Positions 9,650 to 19,529 of a stretch of DNA of 64,000 bases are shown here, in pieces. Both the position numbers and the translations under genes were made by a program. The DNA is from Lachnospiraceae bacterium (lineage in GTDB: Bacteria > Bacillota > Clostridia > Lachnospirales > Lachnospiraceae): contig JAFLTA010000008.1 of assembly GCA_022510685.1 (NCBI GenBank), positions 13,786-77,785 of the forward strand, given 5' to 3'. Under the pieces are notes generated by a model, which ran no database searches, was not told the DNA's origin, and was given only the letters and a program-made list of their open reading frames with translations. The first letter of the stretch is position 1. Each line of letters starts with the position of its first letter.

Positions 9650-9982
9650 TTGAAAAAGAAAATTTTAGTATTGGCGGCAGTGCTTACATTGTCTATGGCA
9701 GTGTTTACAGGCTGTGGTTCTGACACAAATAATGCGGTTACAGACTCCGGGGCAAGAGAAATGCCTAATGAGACAGAGCTTCCGGATAACGCTGATGACG
9801 GTGCTGTGAAAGATGCCGGAGATGCTGTAAATGATGCGGTGGATGGTGCCGGAGATGCTGTGAAAGATGCAACAGATGGTGCCGGAGATGCCATCAAGGA
9901 TATAACTGATGGTGCAGAAGATGCCGTGGATGACACTGTGAATGGTGCAGAAAAAGCAGTAGACGATGCAACAGGGAACTAG
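9650..9982 (+). CDS. Small acidic lipoprotein with 11-residue repeats
   Basis: Signal peptide with lipobox FTGC; repeats DGAGDAVKDAT; TTG start after GGTGA. Confidence 0.8.
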   Translation: MKKKILVLAAVLTLSMAVFTGCGSDTNNAVTDSGAREMPNETELPDNADDGAVKDAGDAVNDAVDGAGDAVKDATDGAGDAIKDITDGAEDAVDDTVNGAEKAVDDATGN

Positions 9983-10015
9983 GATACTAGGATAAAAACA
10001 AATAAGATGTGTAAG

Positions 10016-10053
10016 AAACGCCGGAAGCGGTTGAAAACCTGCTTCTGGCGTTT
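10016..10053. terminator. Hairpin between convergent genes, probable terminator
   Basis: AAACGCCGGAAGCGG...CCTGCTTCTGGCGTTT. Confidence 0.75.
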
Positions 10054-10102
10054 GTGATGTAAAAATCAGATATAGAGTATATGTATTTGTGACACACTGT
10101 TT

Positions 10103-11281
10103 CTATAGCTTGATGCTGTATAGGATGCTGTCTCGTCCTTTGTAGGTAAGTTCTTTTTCGGGCTTCATGCCAAGATTTTCAGCAGTGCGTATGGAGCGTG
10201 AGTTCTCTTTGTCGATGACAGCTACGATACGGTGGATGTGCAGGACATCTACAGCGTATTCAAATACTGCTTTGCAACATTCCAGAGCATATCCATATCC
10301 CCAGTGGTCGCTGTCCAGTAAATAGGAGAGCATGATTTCCTGTTTTCCGTCAATGACCTGGTTTTCTATGCCGCAGCGTCCGATCAGTCCCTGGGTGGTT
10401 TTGCTGAAGACACCCCATAAACCGTATCCGTAGAAGCTGTATACATTTCGGATATACGCTTCCTGTTTGGCGATTTCTTTTTCTTTATATTCTTCAATAT
10501 CGTCAATGAATTTTGCCACGTCCGGATCCTGATAAATGGGATATAGTGCCGGAATATCATCCACGACCAGTTCACGTATGATTAAGCGTCTGGTGTTGGC
10601 GATAGTTACCGCTTCACCATGGCTGCGCTGCCAGATATGCTGGTAAAAGGAAGGCGTGATTCCCTCAAAGCTTTCTAATAAAACATCCGCTTCTGATAAA
10701 TCCTGTTTTCCGGAATGGGGATTGACATAACCGACACAGGGAAGCCCGGCTGCTTTTGCTGAAGCTACTCCGTTTTCAGAGTCTTCCACAACGATGGCTT
10801 CAGAGGCATTAATTCCCAATTCTTTTAGTGCCAGCTCGTAAATATCGGGTGCCGGTTTAGGATGTTTCGTGTGGGAGCTGGATATTAATTTATCAAAATA
10901 CTTCTTTAAATGAATGGATTTTAATGCCGTTTCAATCTCGGTGGGATTGGAGGAGGAGGCAATTGCCAGTTTGATGCCGGCTTGTGTAAGCAGCGGAATC
11001 ATCTCCTGAATACCGGGTAGAGGGATGTAACCCTCCTTGCGGTGAATAGCCCGCTTAGCCTGATTGAGTTCCTCCAGTAATTGCTCCGGTGTGACGGAGA
11101 GATGATGCTCCTCTACCACCTGTTTCGCCATGTTTGCTGTGGAGCTGCCGATAAACTGCTCATGGTATTCCATATCTGCATTTATGCCATAGCGTTTTAA
11201 TACTTCCAAAGAAGCCTTACCGTGCTGTGGCTCACTGTCAACTAATACTCCATCCATATCAAAAATAATTGCACGTAACAT
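10103..11281 (-). CDS. HAD-IA phosphatase fused to RimJ/RimL-type GNAT acetyltransferase
   Basis: FDMDGVLVD, KPAPDIY, VEDSENG; C-terminal TRRLIIRE, WGYGYALE, NSRSIRTAENLGM; AGAGG RBS before ATG 11281. Confidence 0.9.
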   Translation of the reverse strand: MLRAIIFDMDGVLVDSEPQHGKASLEVLKRYGINADMEYHEQFIGSSTANMAKQVVEEHHLSVTPEQLLEELNQAKRAIHRKEGYIPLPGIQEMIPLLTQAGIKLAIASSSNPTEIETALKSIHLKKYFDKLISSSHTKHPKPAPDIYELALKELGINASEAIVVEDSENGVASAKAAGLPCVGYVNPHSGKQDLSEADVLLESFEGITPSFYQHIWQRSHGEAVTIANTRRLIIRELVVDDIPALYPIYQDPDVAKFIDDIEEYKEKEIAKQEAYIRNVYSFYGYGLWGVFSKTTQGLIGRCGIENQVIDGKQEIMLSYLLDSDHWGYGYALECCKAVFEYAVDVLHIHRIVAVIDKENSRSIRTAENLGMKPEKELTYKGRDSILYSIKL

Positions 11282-11302
11282 AAATTTTACCTCTTTCGTT
11301 GA

Positions 11303-11564
11303 GAAATGATTCACAGTTCCTCGTCACAATTCACAAAACCAGCTAGCATAGCTGTCTGTCGCAGCTTCGCAGCTCATGTTTTGTTCATGTGCCGGGGTGA
11401 CAGCTTCCACCGTCAGATATAAAGATGCTATGGTCAAAAGCCCCTTCGGGGCATAATCGACACAAAGATATGTGTTAGCAAGCTAGCTTGCAACACATAT
11501 CCTGTGTTCGGTTGGTGCAAAGCACCCTTTTGACCCTAGCATCACATCAACTGTGAATAGTAAC
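11303..11564. mobile_element. Structured intergenic repeat/MITE-like element (GTTACTRTTCAC end family)
   Basis: Terminal IR ATTCACAGTT...AACTGTGAAT(AGTAAC); internal nested stems; end motif shared with 53035-53180. Confidence 0.6.
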
Positions 11565-11689
11565 ATATATACATATTATAACAGAAAAATCATTGTCTCA
11601 CAATGTTAATCATGGTATACTTACCCTGTATTGTAAAAGAACTACGGATGTGATAAAAGAGAACGTAGAACAGAAAGGACGAAACAAAC

Positions 11690-12925
11690 ATGGCAGTAAT
11701 CAGACCTTTTCAGGCAGTACGCCCGTCGGACAACGTGGCAGACAGAGTGGCAGCACTGCCGTATGATGTGTATAACCGTGAGGAGGCTAAGGCAGAGACT
11801 CAGAGAGAGCCGCTTTCTTTTTTGTGTATAGACAGGGCGGAGACTCAATTGGCAGATTCTGTAGATACCTATGCTCCTGAAGTATACGATACAGCGAAAA
11901 AGCTGTTTGAGAGCCGGCTGCAGGACGGCACATTTATTACGGATGCGGATAATGCCTATTATATATATCAGTTGGAGATGGATGGACGGACTCAGACAGG
12001 AATCGCCGCCTGTGCCAGCGTGGATGATTATGTGGAGGGTCGCATTAAAAAGCATGAAAATACCCGCGAGGAAAAAGAGCAGGACCGCATCTGTCATGTG
12101 GATTCGTTAAGCGCCCAGACAGGACCGATTTTCTTGGCATATCGTTCCAGGGAAGAAATCAATACCATCGTCAGCCGGACGATGAAACAGGAGAAAGCTC
12201 TCTATGATTTCGTGGCACCGGATGGTGTTGCGCATCGTGTGTGGAAAATCGTGGGTGAGGATGTGAAGCGTATTCAGGATGCATTTGCAGAAATCAATGA
12301 AATATATATTGCAGACGGACACCACCGTGCGGCGTCTGCTGTAAAGGTAGGATTGAAGCGTCGAAAAGAAAATCCGGGTTATGACGGAACAGAGGAATTT
12401 AACTATTTCCTTTCGGTGCTGTTTCCGGATGACCAATTGATGATTATGGACTATAATCGTTGTGTCAAAGATTTGAATGGACTGTCAGCAGAAGAATTCT
12501 TAAATAAGATTGGGGAAAACTTTACGGTGACGCCCCTGGCTGCGGCGAGCCATCCCCGGAAAAAAGGACAGGTGAGTATGTATCTGGAGGGGACATGGTA
12601 TGAGCTGCAGGCAAAAGAGGAACTGCTTGCCATTACCGATGCCGTGGCATCTTTGGATGTATCTTTGCTGCAGGATTATCTGCTCCGTCCGATACTGGGA
12701 ATCGAAGACCCCAGAACGGATTCACGTATAGACTTTGTAGGAGGTATTCGTGGTCTGGAGGAGTTGGAGCGTCGTGCCGGCGAAGATATGAAAGTATCTT
12801 TTGCCATGTATCCCACATCGATTGGAGAACTGTTTGCCGTGGCGGATGCCGGACTTTTAATGCCGCCTAAATCTACATGGTTTGAGCCTAAGCTTCGCAG
12901 CGGATTGTTGATACATCGCATCTGA
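11690..12925 (+). CDS. DUF1015 family protein
   Basis: ALPYDV, IKKHENT, YIADGHHR, LMPPKSTWFEPKLRSGL. Confidence 0.9.
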   Translation: MAVIRPFQAVRPSDNVADRVAALPYDVYNREEAKAETQREPLSFLCIDRAETQLADSVDTYAPEVYDTAKKLFESRLQDGTFITDADNAYYIYQLEMDGRTQTGIAACASVDDYVEGRIKKHENTREEKEQDRICHVDSLSAQTGPIFLAYRSREEINTIVSRTMKQEKALYDFVAPDGVAHRVWKIVGEDVKRIQDAFAEINEIYIADGHHRAASAVKVGLKRRKENPGYDGTEEFNYFLSVLFPDDQLMIMDYNRCVKDLNGLSAEEFLNKIGENFTVTPLAAASHPRKKGQVSMYLEGTWYELQAKEELLAITDAVASLDVSLLQDYLLRPILGIEDPRTDSRIDFVGGIRGLEELERRAGEDMKVSFAMYPTSIGELFAVADAGLLMPPKSTWFEPKLRSGLLIHRI

Positions 12926-12942
12926 TAAAAGAGGTATTTGTT

Positions 12943-13587
12943 ATGAAGGAGTTTTTTTCCATTGAAGGTCCCTTTATGCAGTTTTTTGCAAAACTGTGGG
13001 ACATGATCATACTGAGTATTTTGTTTTGCGTATGCTGCATTCCCATAGTAACTTTTGGAGTCAGTTACAGCGCGCTCTATTATACGATGGTGAAAGCGGT
13101 GATTCCCGGTGAGGGACATACGATCCGTACTTTTTTTAAGGGGCTCCGGCAAAATATAAAGCAAGGGTTGGGGCTGGGAATTTTATTTGAGGCAATACTT
13201 GTGGTGCTGTTTTTTTCCCTGTATGTGGTTTTCATCAATGATTTGGGATTGCTGGGAAGATTTTTTGGCATTGCATTTGTCATATCACTGATTCTGGTGA
13301 TGACGTTGATGGCGTATGCATTTCCATTGGCAGGTCGATTTCACAATTCCATAGGCGAAATCCTTGCCAATAGCCTTCTTATTGCCGTGGGAAGCTGGAA
13401 AGAGACGGTGTCCATGTTTATTTTGGAGGCAGTGCTGCTTGCATCTATGGCATTCGTGTTGTTTGTCCCGTTTATTGTGCTTTTCGTGCCGGGAGTGGTA
13501 GTGTGGATGCAGGCAAAGATGTTAGAGGTGTTGTTAATACCGTATATGCGGGAGGGAGGAGAAGACAATGAAACAGAAACTGTATGA
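12943..13587 (+). CDS. YesL/DUF624 membrane protein
   Basis: LFCVCCIPIVTFGVSYSALYYTMVK; FFKGLRQN. Confidence 0.85.
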   Translation: MKEFFSIEGPFMQFFAKLWDMIILSILFCVCCIPIVTFGVSYSALYYTMVKAVIPGEGHTIRTFFKGLRQNIKQGLGLGILFEAILVVLFFSLYVVFINDLGLLGRFFGIAFVISLILVMTLMAYAFPLAGRFHNSIGEILANSLLIAVGSWKETVSMFILEAVLLASMAFVLFVPFIVLFVPGVVVWMQAKMLEVLLIPYMREGGEDNETETV

Positions 13588-15952
13588 TTTGATGGACTGG
13601 GAAGCAATTGAAGCCATAGTGTATTCTGAGGAGGATCATCCTGAGCGCATCCTGGGACCACGCAAAGTCCGTGGCGGCATTTTGGTACAGGTATTCCTGC
13701 CGGATGCTGTGGAGGCGTATCTGTGTCTAAAGGGCGGAAAGAAACGGTATGCCATGGAACAGTCTGATGATGCAGGGATGTTTGCGGTTCTTCTTCCGGG
13801 AAAACAGATAAGTGCATATACAGTCATAGCAAAATATGAGGATAATTCGGAGATTGAGGTGGAGGACTGTTATCTCTATCAGGATTTGTTCGGCATGAAC
13901 AATATTAAACGTTTTGAGGAAGGGCTTCATGATGAAATTTATCAATATATGGGCGCGCATCCGGCTGCTGTAAGAGGGTGCATGGACCAGGCAGATATTT
14001 TTTGGGATGTGACAGAGGATGAGCCCCTGCCTGAACCTAAAAAACGTGGCAGATTGGCAAAGAAGCCTGCAGCAAACGAGGAGGAACCGGTGGTGTATGG
14101 TACCCATTTTGCCGTTTGGGCACCCAATGCCATACGTGTCAGTGTAGTGGGAGATTTTAACTGTTGGGACGGCAGACGGCATCCCATGATGCGCCAGGGC
14201 GATTCCGGTGTGTTTTCTTTGTTTGTACCGGGAATTTCCTGCGGGCAACTTTATAAATACGAAGTGAAAACGGATTCACAAACTGTCGTCATGAAGACAG
14301 ACCCATATGGGTTTGCCTGTGAGAAACGTCCGGCAAATGCCAGTATAGTAGCGAATATAAATGGTTTTACGTGGACGGATAACGCATGGTTGCAAAAGAG
14401 AAAGAAAGCAGACTATGAAAAAGAGCCTATGAGCCTGTATGAAGTACATCTTGGATCATGGAAGCAAAGGCATGAAATCGATAATGATAAAAAGGAAACC
14501 GAAGATGAGTTTTTGAACTATCGGGAGATAGCACCGGAATTGGCGGCGTATGTCAAGGAAATGGGATATACCCATATTGAGCTGATGCCGGTAATGGAGC
14601 ATCCGCTGGATGAGTCCTGGGGATATCAGGTGACTTCTTACTATGCGCCTACTGCCCGCTACGGCTCACCGGAAGACTTTATGTTTTTCATGAACTATAT
14701 GCATAACGAAGGGATTGGAGTGATTTTGGACTGGGTGCCTGCCCATTTCCCGAAAGATGAAAACGGTCTGGCACGTTTTGACGGTACTTGTCTCTATGAG
14801 CATTTAGACCCGAGGCAGGGCGAACACCCGCATTGGGGGACTCTCATATACAATTATGGCAGACCGGAGGTTGCCAATTTCCTTATCGCCAATGCACTGT
14901 TTTGGGTAGAAAAATACCATGCAGACGCCATTCGTATGGATGCTGTGGCATCTATGCTGTATCTGGATTATGGAAAACAGAACGGGGAATGGATTCCTAA
15001 TATGTATGGAGGCAATGAAAATCTGGAGGCAATAGATTTCCTGCAGAATTTAAGCCGGGTATTTCATGAGAAAAAGAACGGTGCCTTGTTAATCGCGGAG
15101 GAATCTACAGCATGGCCAAAGGTGACAGAGTCTGCAGACAAGGATGGCTTGGGCTTTGATTTGAAATGGAATATGGGTTGGATGAATGATTTTATAGCGT
15201 ATATGCAGACGGACCCGCTGTTTCGTAAAGGGCGGCATGGAATGCTCACATTCAGCATGATTTATGCCTACAGTGAGAAATTTGTACTGGTATTTTCTCA
15301 TGATGAAGTGGTACACTTAAAGGGCTCTATGCTGGCAAAAATGCCGGGCAGCATAGAAGATAAGTTTGCAAACCTGCGTGTTACCTATGGTTTTATGATG
15401 GCGCATCCGGGAAAGAAGCTGCTGTTCATGGGGCAGGAATTCGGACAGGAAACGGAATGGAATGAAAAGCAGGAATTGCCCTGGGAGTTGGCAGAAGAAC
15501 CCTCCCACAAACTTCTTCAGAGCTATGTGAAAGCCCTCAATGAATTTTATAAAAAGCATCCGGCATTGTATGAGATGGATTTTGAGCCGGAAGGATTTGA
15601 ATGGCTTAGCAACATGGATGCAGATCATAGTATTATTACATTCATGCGCTATGATGAAAAGAAACAGGAAAACCTGTTGGTGGTATGCAATTTCACTCCG
15701 GTTGCCTATGAAAACTTCAAGGTAGGCGTACCTTTTGCCGGAAAGTATAAGGAGCTCTTTAACAGTGATGACGGTAAGTTCGGAGGAAGTGGTTGCACGA
15801 ATCCGAGACAGCAAAATACCAAGTCGGTTCCATGGGATGGCAGAAAAAATTCTCTGGCAATCACTGTGCCGCCGTTGGGCATTAGTGTATTTCGCGGTAC
15901 ACCTCTGGAAGCTCCGGCAGATAAGTCAAAAAAGAAAGCAAAGAAGAAATAG
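13568..15952 (+). CDS. glgB: 1,4-alpha-glucan branching enzyme
   Basis: FAVWAPNA, YEVHLGSW, SWGYQ, DWVPAHFP, RMDAVASM, AEESTAW, SHDEVVH. Confidence 0.96.
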   Translation: MKQKLYDLMDWEAIEAIVYSEEDHPERILGPRKVRGGILVQVFLPDAVEAYLCLKGGKKRYAMEQSDDAGMFAVLLPGKQISAYTVIAKYEDNSEIEVEDCYLYQDLFGMNNIKRFEEGLHDEIYQYMGAHPAAVRGCMDQADIFWDVTEDEPLPEPKKRGRLAKKPAANEEEPVVYGTHFAVWAPNAIRVSVVGDFNCWDGRRHPMMRQGDSGVFSLFVPGISCGQLYKYEVKTDSQTVVMKTDPYGFACEKRPANASIVANINGFTWTDNAWLQKRKKADYEKEPMSLYEVHLGSWKQRHEIDNDKKETEDEFLNYREIAPELAAYVKEMGYTHIELMPVMEHPLDESWGYQVTSYYAPTARYGSPEDFMFFMNYMHNEGIGVILDWVPAHFPKDENGLARFDGTCLYEHLDPRQGEHPHWGTLIYNYGRPEVANFLIANALFWVEKYHADAIRMDAVASMLYLDYGKQNGEWIPNMYGGNENLEAIDFLQNLSRVFHEKKNGALLIAEESTAWPKVTESADKDGLGFDLKWNMGWMNDFIAYMQTDPLFRKGRHGMLTFSMIYAYSEKFVLVFSHDEVVHLKGSMLAKMPGSIEDKFANLRVTYGFMMAHPGKKLLFMGQEFGQETEWNEKQELPWELAEEPSHKLLQSYVKALNEFYKKHPALYEMDFEPEGFEWLSNMDADHSIITFMRYDEKKQENLLVVCNFTPVAYENFKVGVPFAGKYKELFNSDDGKFGGSGCTNPRQQNTKSVPWDGRKNSLAITVPPLGISVFRGTPLEAPADKSKKKAKKK

Positions 15953-15990
15953 GTTGAAACATTATCTGTGCCACTGACGATAGTGGCGGA

Positions 15991-16911
15991 ATGGAGATGG
16001 AAATGGTATTTTTAAATCAAATGTCGATACATATTTTAGGATTAATGGCGACAAGGACTGAGGAAAGTACCAGTGTGGAGGAGCTCACTAAAATTATGGA
16101 GGATGACTCCGTTTCCGGTGGGGAAAAAACCAGTTTTTTAATCCAGTATCTTCTTGATCAAAGGGAGCCGCTGCTCCGTTTCGGACAGACGCTTCTGATA
16201 GCTCTGATTGTATTTTTGCTGGGGCGAAGATTAGTTAAGCTATTGTTAAAGCTGACACAGCGCTCTATGGAGCATCGAGAAGTAGAAATCAGTGTCCGGA
16301 AATTTGTCATGTCTCTGGCAGGTTTTATTTACAATTTACTGCTGATAGTTGTCGTGGCAGGAATACTGGGCATAGGGACCAGTTCCATTGTGGCAGTGAT
16401 AGGTTCTGCCGGTCTGGCAATCGGACTGGCACTGCAGGGGAGTCTGTCAAATTTGGCGGGCGGTGTGCTCATTTTGCTGTTAAAACCCTTTCAAGTGGGG
16501 GATTATATTATTACAGACAACTCGGAAGGAACCGTACAGAGCATAGATATTTTTTATACGCGGCTGCATACATCTGATAACCGTGTCGTTGTGATTCCCA
16601 ACGGTGCTATCTCCAACAGGGATGTGACGAATACGACGAAACTGGAGAAACGGTTGTTAGTATTACCTTTTTCCGTGGGTTATGATGCAGATATAGCCAC
16701 GGTGAGGGAGCTTTTATTGAAAGAGATGGAAGAGCATTCGGATATCATACAGGCAGAACCGAAATCCGTTGTGGTGACAAAGCTCAACCCGGTTAAGGTA
16801 TGCTTAAGTGCAAAATGTTGGGTGGAAACCGGGAAGTACTGGGATGTGAATCATATGATGTTAGAGCGGATTAAGGAACTGTTGCAGGAGCAGGGGATTT
16901 CTATCGGATAG
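15991..16911 (+). CDS. mscS: Small-conductance mechanosensitive channel
   Basis: GSAGLAIGLALQGSLSNLAGG...KPFQVGDYI. Confidence 0.92.
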   Translation: MEMEMVFLNQMSIHILGLMATRTEESTSVEELTKIMEDDSVSGGEKTSFLIQYLLDQREPLLRFGQTLLIALIVFLLGRRLVKLLLKLTQRSMEHREVEISVRKFVMSLAGFIYNLLLIVVVAGILGIGTSSIVAVIGSAGLAIGLALQGSLSNLAGGVLILLLKPFQVGDYIITDNSEGTVQSIDIFYTRLHTSDNRVVVIPNGAISNRDVTNTTKLEKRLLVLPFSVGYDADIATVRELLLKEMEEHSDIIQAEPKSVVVTKLNPVKVCLSAKCWVETGKYWDVNHMMLERIKELLQEQGISIG

Positions 16912-16951
16912 AGTTTATGCTCCCCATATCATACAAACGACAGTAAAAGAG

Positions 16952-17902
16952 GTGAAGGCATTGATTAGTATTTATCGTACGGATGACCGGAAAATCCATG
17001 AGGAAAGTGGTATTGAGCCGGGTACATGGATTAATATGGTGAATCCGACTGTAACAGAGGGAGAACTCATTGCCGAAAGTCTGCATATTGATATTCAGGA
17101 TTTGTTGGCGGCATTGGATGAGGAGGAGAGTTCCCGTGTAGAGTTGGAAGACGGGTATACTCTCATTTTGGTGGATATTCCCACGATAGAGATTCGACAT
17201 GATAAGGAAGCATACACGACAATTCCTCTCGGTATCATACTGACGCATGATATCATTATTACCGTCTGTACAGAGGAAACTCCGGTTTTACAGGCGTTTG
17301 TAAATGGAAGGGTGAAGGAATTCAGCACCAAGAAAAAAATGCGTTTTGTGTACCAGATATTATTCCGTGTCGCTGCGTTGTATCAGACGGACTTGCGTGT
17401 CATTGATAAGAAAAGAACGGAAATTGAGGAGCGGATTGACGACAGCACCAAAGATATGGACCTGATTGACCTGCATGGTCTGGAGTCCACCTTGGTATAT
17501 TTTGCCACATCTTTGCGTGCAAACGGTGTGGTGCTTGACCGTCTGACCAGATATAAACGCTTGGAGCAGTATCCGGATGATAAAGATTTACTGGGCGATG
17601 TCATTGTGGAGAATCGTCAGGCGATTGAGATGACGAGTATATACCGAGATATTATCAACGGAACCAGAGAACTGATGTCCTCTGTGTTAGATAACCGACT
17701 AAATAATGTCATGAAGATGCTTACCATTGTAACGTTGATTATGGGTATTCCCACACTTATTTCGGGAATTTACGGAATGAATGTGGCTAGTGAGTGGATG
17801 CCTTTAGCTGATACTCCACATGGATTTGGGATTATATGTCTCATCATACTGTGTGTTTGTGTTCTCACACTGCTCATATTGCGAAGAAAGAAACTGTTTT
17901 GA
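16952..17902 (+). CDS. corA: CorA family Mg2+ transporter
   Basis: YGMN signature; two C-terminal TM helices. Confidence 0.92.
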   Translation: MKALISIYRTDDRKIHEESGIEPGTWINMVNPTVTEGELIAESLHIDIQDLLAALDEEESSRVELEDGYTLILVDIPTIEIRHDKEAYTTIPLGIILTHDIIITVCTEETPVLQAFVNGRVKEFSTKKKMRFVYQILFRVAALYQTDLRVIDKKRTEIEERIDDSTKDMDLIDLHGLESTLVYFATSLRANGVVLDRLTRYKRLEQYPDDKDLLGDVIVENRQAIEMTSIYRDIINGTRELMSSVLDNRLNNVMKMLTIVTLIMGIPTLISGIYGMNVASEWMPLADTPHGFGIICLIILCVCVLTLLILRRKKLF

Positions 17903-17937
17903 AAAAGAGAATGTGCGAAGTTTGAGTAACGAACAAA

Positions 17938-17985
17938 TACAGCACCGATGGCAGCGAAATTTTTTACGCTACTGTCGGTGCTGTA
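17938..17985. terminator. Bidirectional terminator-like hairpin between corA and argH
   Basis: TACAGCACCGATGGCAGCG...CGCTACTGTCGGTGCTGTA. Confidence 0.75.
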
Positions 17986-18022
17986 AATTTTTTGTCAGAT
18001 TAAATTTTGCCGGGTGATTCTG

Positions 18023-19396
18023 TTATTCATTCAGATAACTTTCACATCGGGCGATAACTTCTCTCATGGCATCCTGCCCGGGAGCACCAATGGTGTTTCG
18101 CTTTGCCACACAGGTCTCCATGCTGATGGCATCGTAAATATCTTCCTCAAATACCGGACTGATTGCTTTGTATTCCTCTAACGACATTTCTCCGAGAGAA
18201 ATATTTTTATCTATGCAGTACAACACCAGTTGTCCGATAATGCCGTGGGCATCACGGAATGGCACACCGTGATTCACCAGATAGTCAGCGGCATCGGTGG
18301 CATTGGTAAATCCCCCTTCCGCACTGGCGCGCATATTATCTTTGCGGAATGTCATGGTATCCAACATACCGTTAAACAGAGCAATGCAGCCTTTGGTAGT
18401 ATCAATGGCATCAAAGACAAATTCCTTGTCCTCCTGCATGTCCTTGTTGTATGCGAGGGAAAGTCCCTTCATCGTAGTGAGGAGGGAAATCAGAGAGCCA
18501 TAGACACGTCCTGTCTTTCCCCGAACCAGTTCAGCGATATCCGGATTTTTTTTCTGAGGCATGATACTGCTTCCGGTGGAGTAGGAGTCATCAATATCGA
18601 TAAACTGATACTCGTTGGTATTCCAGATAATGATTTCCTCGCAGAAACGGCTCAGATGCATCATGATAATAGACATGGCAGCGGAAAACTCAATTAGATA
18701 ATCCCTGTCGGAGACGGAATCCATACTGTTTAAGGTAGGTCCCGTAAAGCCCAACAGTTCTGCCGTGCGCTCACGGTCTAAGGGATAGGTGGTTCCTGCC
18801 AGAGCACCGGATCCCAGAGGACAGTAGTTCATCCGCTCATGGATATCCTGCAGGCGGGAGCGGTCTCTGCGAAACATTTCAAAGTATGCCCCCATGTGAT
18901 GTGCCAAGGTGATGGGCTGTGCTTTTTGCAGATGGGTAAAGCCCGGCATGATGGTGTCCAGATTCTCTTTCATGATGGATAGCAGACTCTGTAAAAGGTG
19001 CTTGAGCAGAGTGTCCATCTCCAAAATTTCCTTGCGGGTGTAGAGTTTCATATCCAGTGCCACCTGGTCGTTACGGCTGCGTCCGGTATGAAGGCGTTTT
19101 CCGGCATCACCGATACGTGCGATCAGATGTGCCTCCACGAAGCTGTGGATGTCCTCATGCTCCTCAGTAAAGGTAAGCTCGCCGGAACGGATATCCCTGC
19201 GGATGGACTCCAACCCTTCTGTAATTGCCTGTTTATCCTCGTTTGATATAATGCCTTGCTCGGCTAACATGGTGACATGGGCAATGCTGCCATCAATATC
19301 CTCATTATAAAATTTTCGGTCGAAGGGAAGTGATGCGTTAAAATTATGTACCAACTGATTGGTTTCCTTGGTAAAACGTCCACCCCAAAGTTTCAT
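18023..19396 (-). CDS. argH: Argininosuccinate lyase
   Basis: KLWGGRF, GRSRNDQ, GSSIMPQKKNPD. Confidence 0.97.
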   Translation of the reverse strand: MKLWGGRFTKETNQLVHNFNASLPFDRKFYNEDIDGSIAHVTMLAEQGIISNEDKQAITEGLESIRRDIRSGELTFTEEHEDIHSFVEAHLIARIGDAGKRLHTGRSRNDQVALDMKLYTRKEILEMDTLLKHLLQSLLSIMKENLDTIMPGFTHLQKAQPITLAHHMGAYFEMFRRDRSRLQDIHERMNYCPLGSGALAGTTYPLDRERTAELLGFTGPTLNSMDSVSDRDYLIEFSAAMSIIMMHLSRFCEEIIIWNTNEYQFIDIDDSYSTGSSIMPQKKNPDIAELVRGKTGRVYGSLISLLTTMKGLSLAYNKDMQEDKEFVFDAIDTTKGCIALFNGMLDTMTFRKDNMRASAEGGFTNATDAADYLVNHGVPFRDAHGIIGQLVLYCIDKNISLGEMSLEEYKAISPVFEEDIYDAISMETCVAKRNTIGAPGQDAMREVIARCESYLNE

Positions 19397-19473
19397 AGTA
19401 ACCTCCGTTCTGCCGCTTTGGTCAGCGACACAAAATACTAAAAAAAGTTTCTAATTGATTTTATACAGCATGA

Positions 19474-19507
19474 AAATACCGAAATGGAGCATTCCATTTC
19501 GGTATTT
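19474..19507. terminator. Perfect hairpin downstream of the small ORF and upstream of argH
   Basis: AAATACCGAAATGGA-GCAT-TCCATTTCGGTATTT. Confidence 0.6.
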
Positions 19508-19529
19508 AGAAAACATTTTCATAAAGAAA

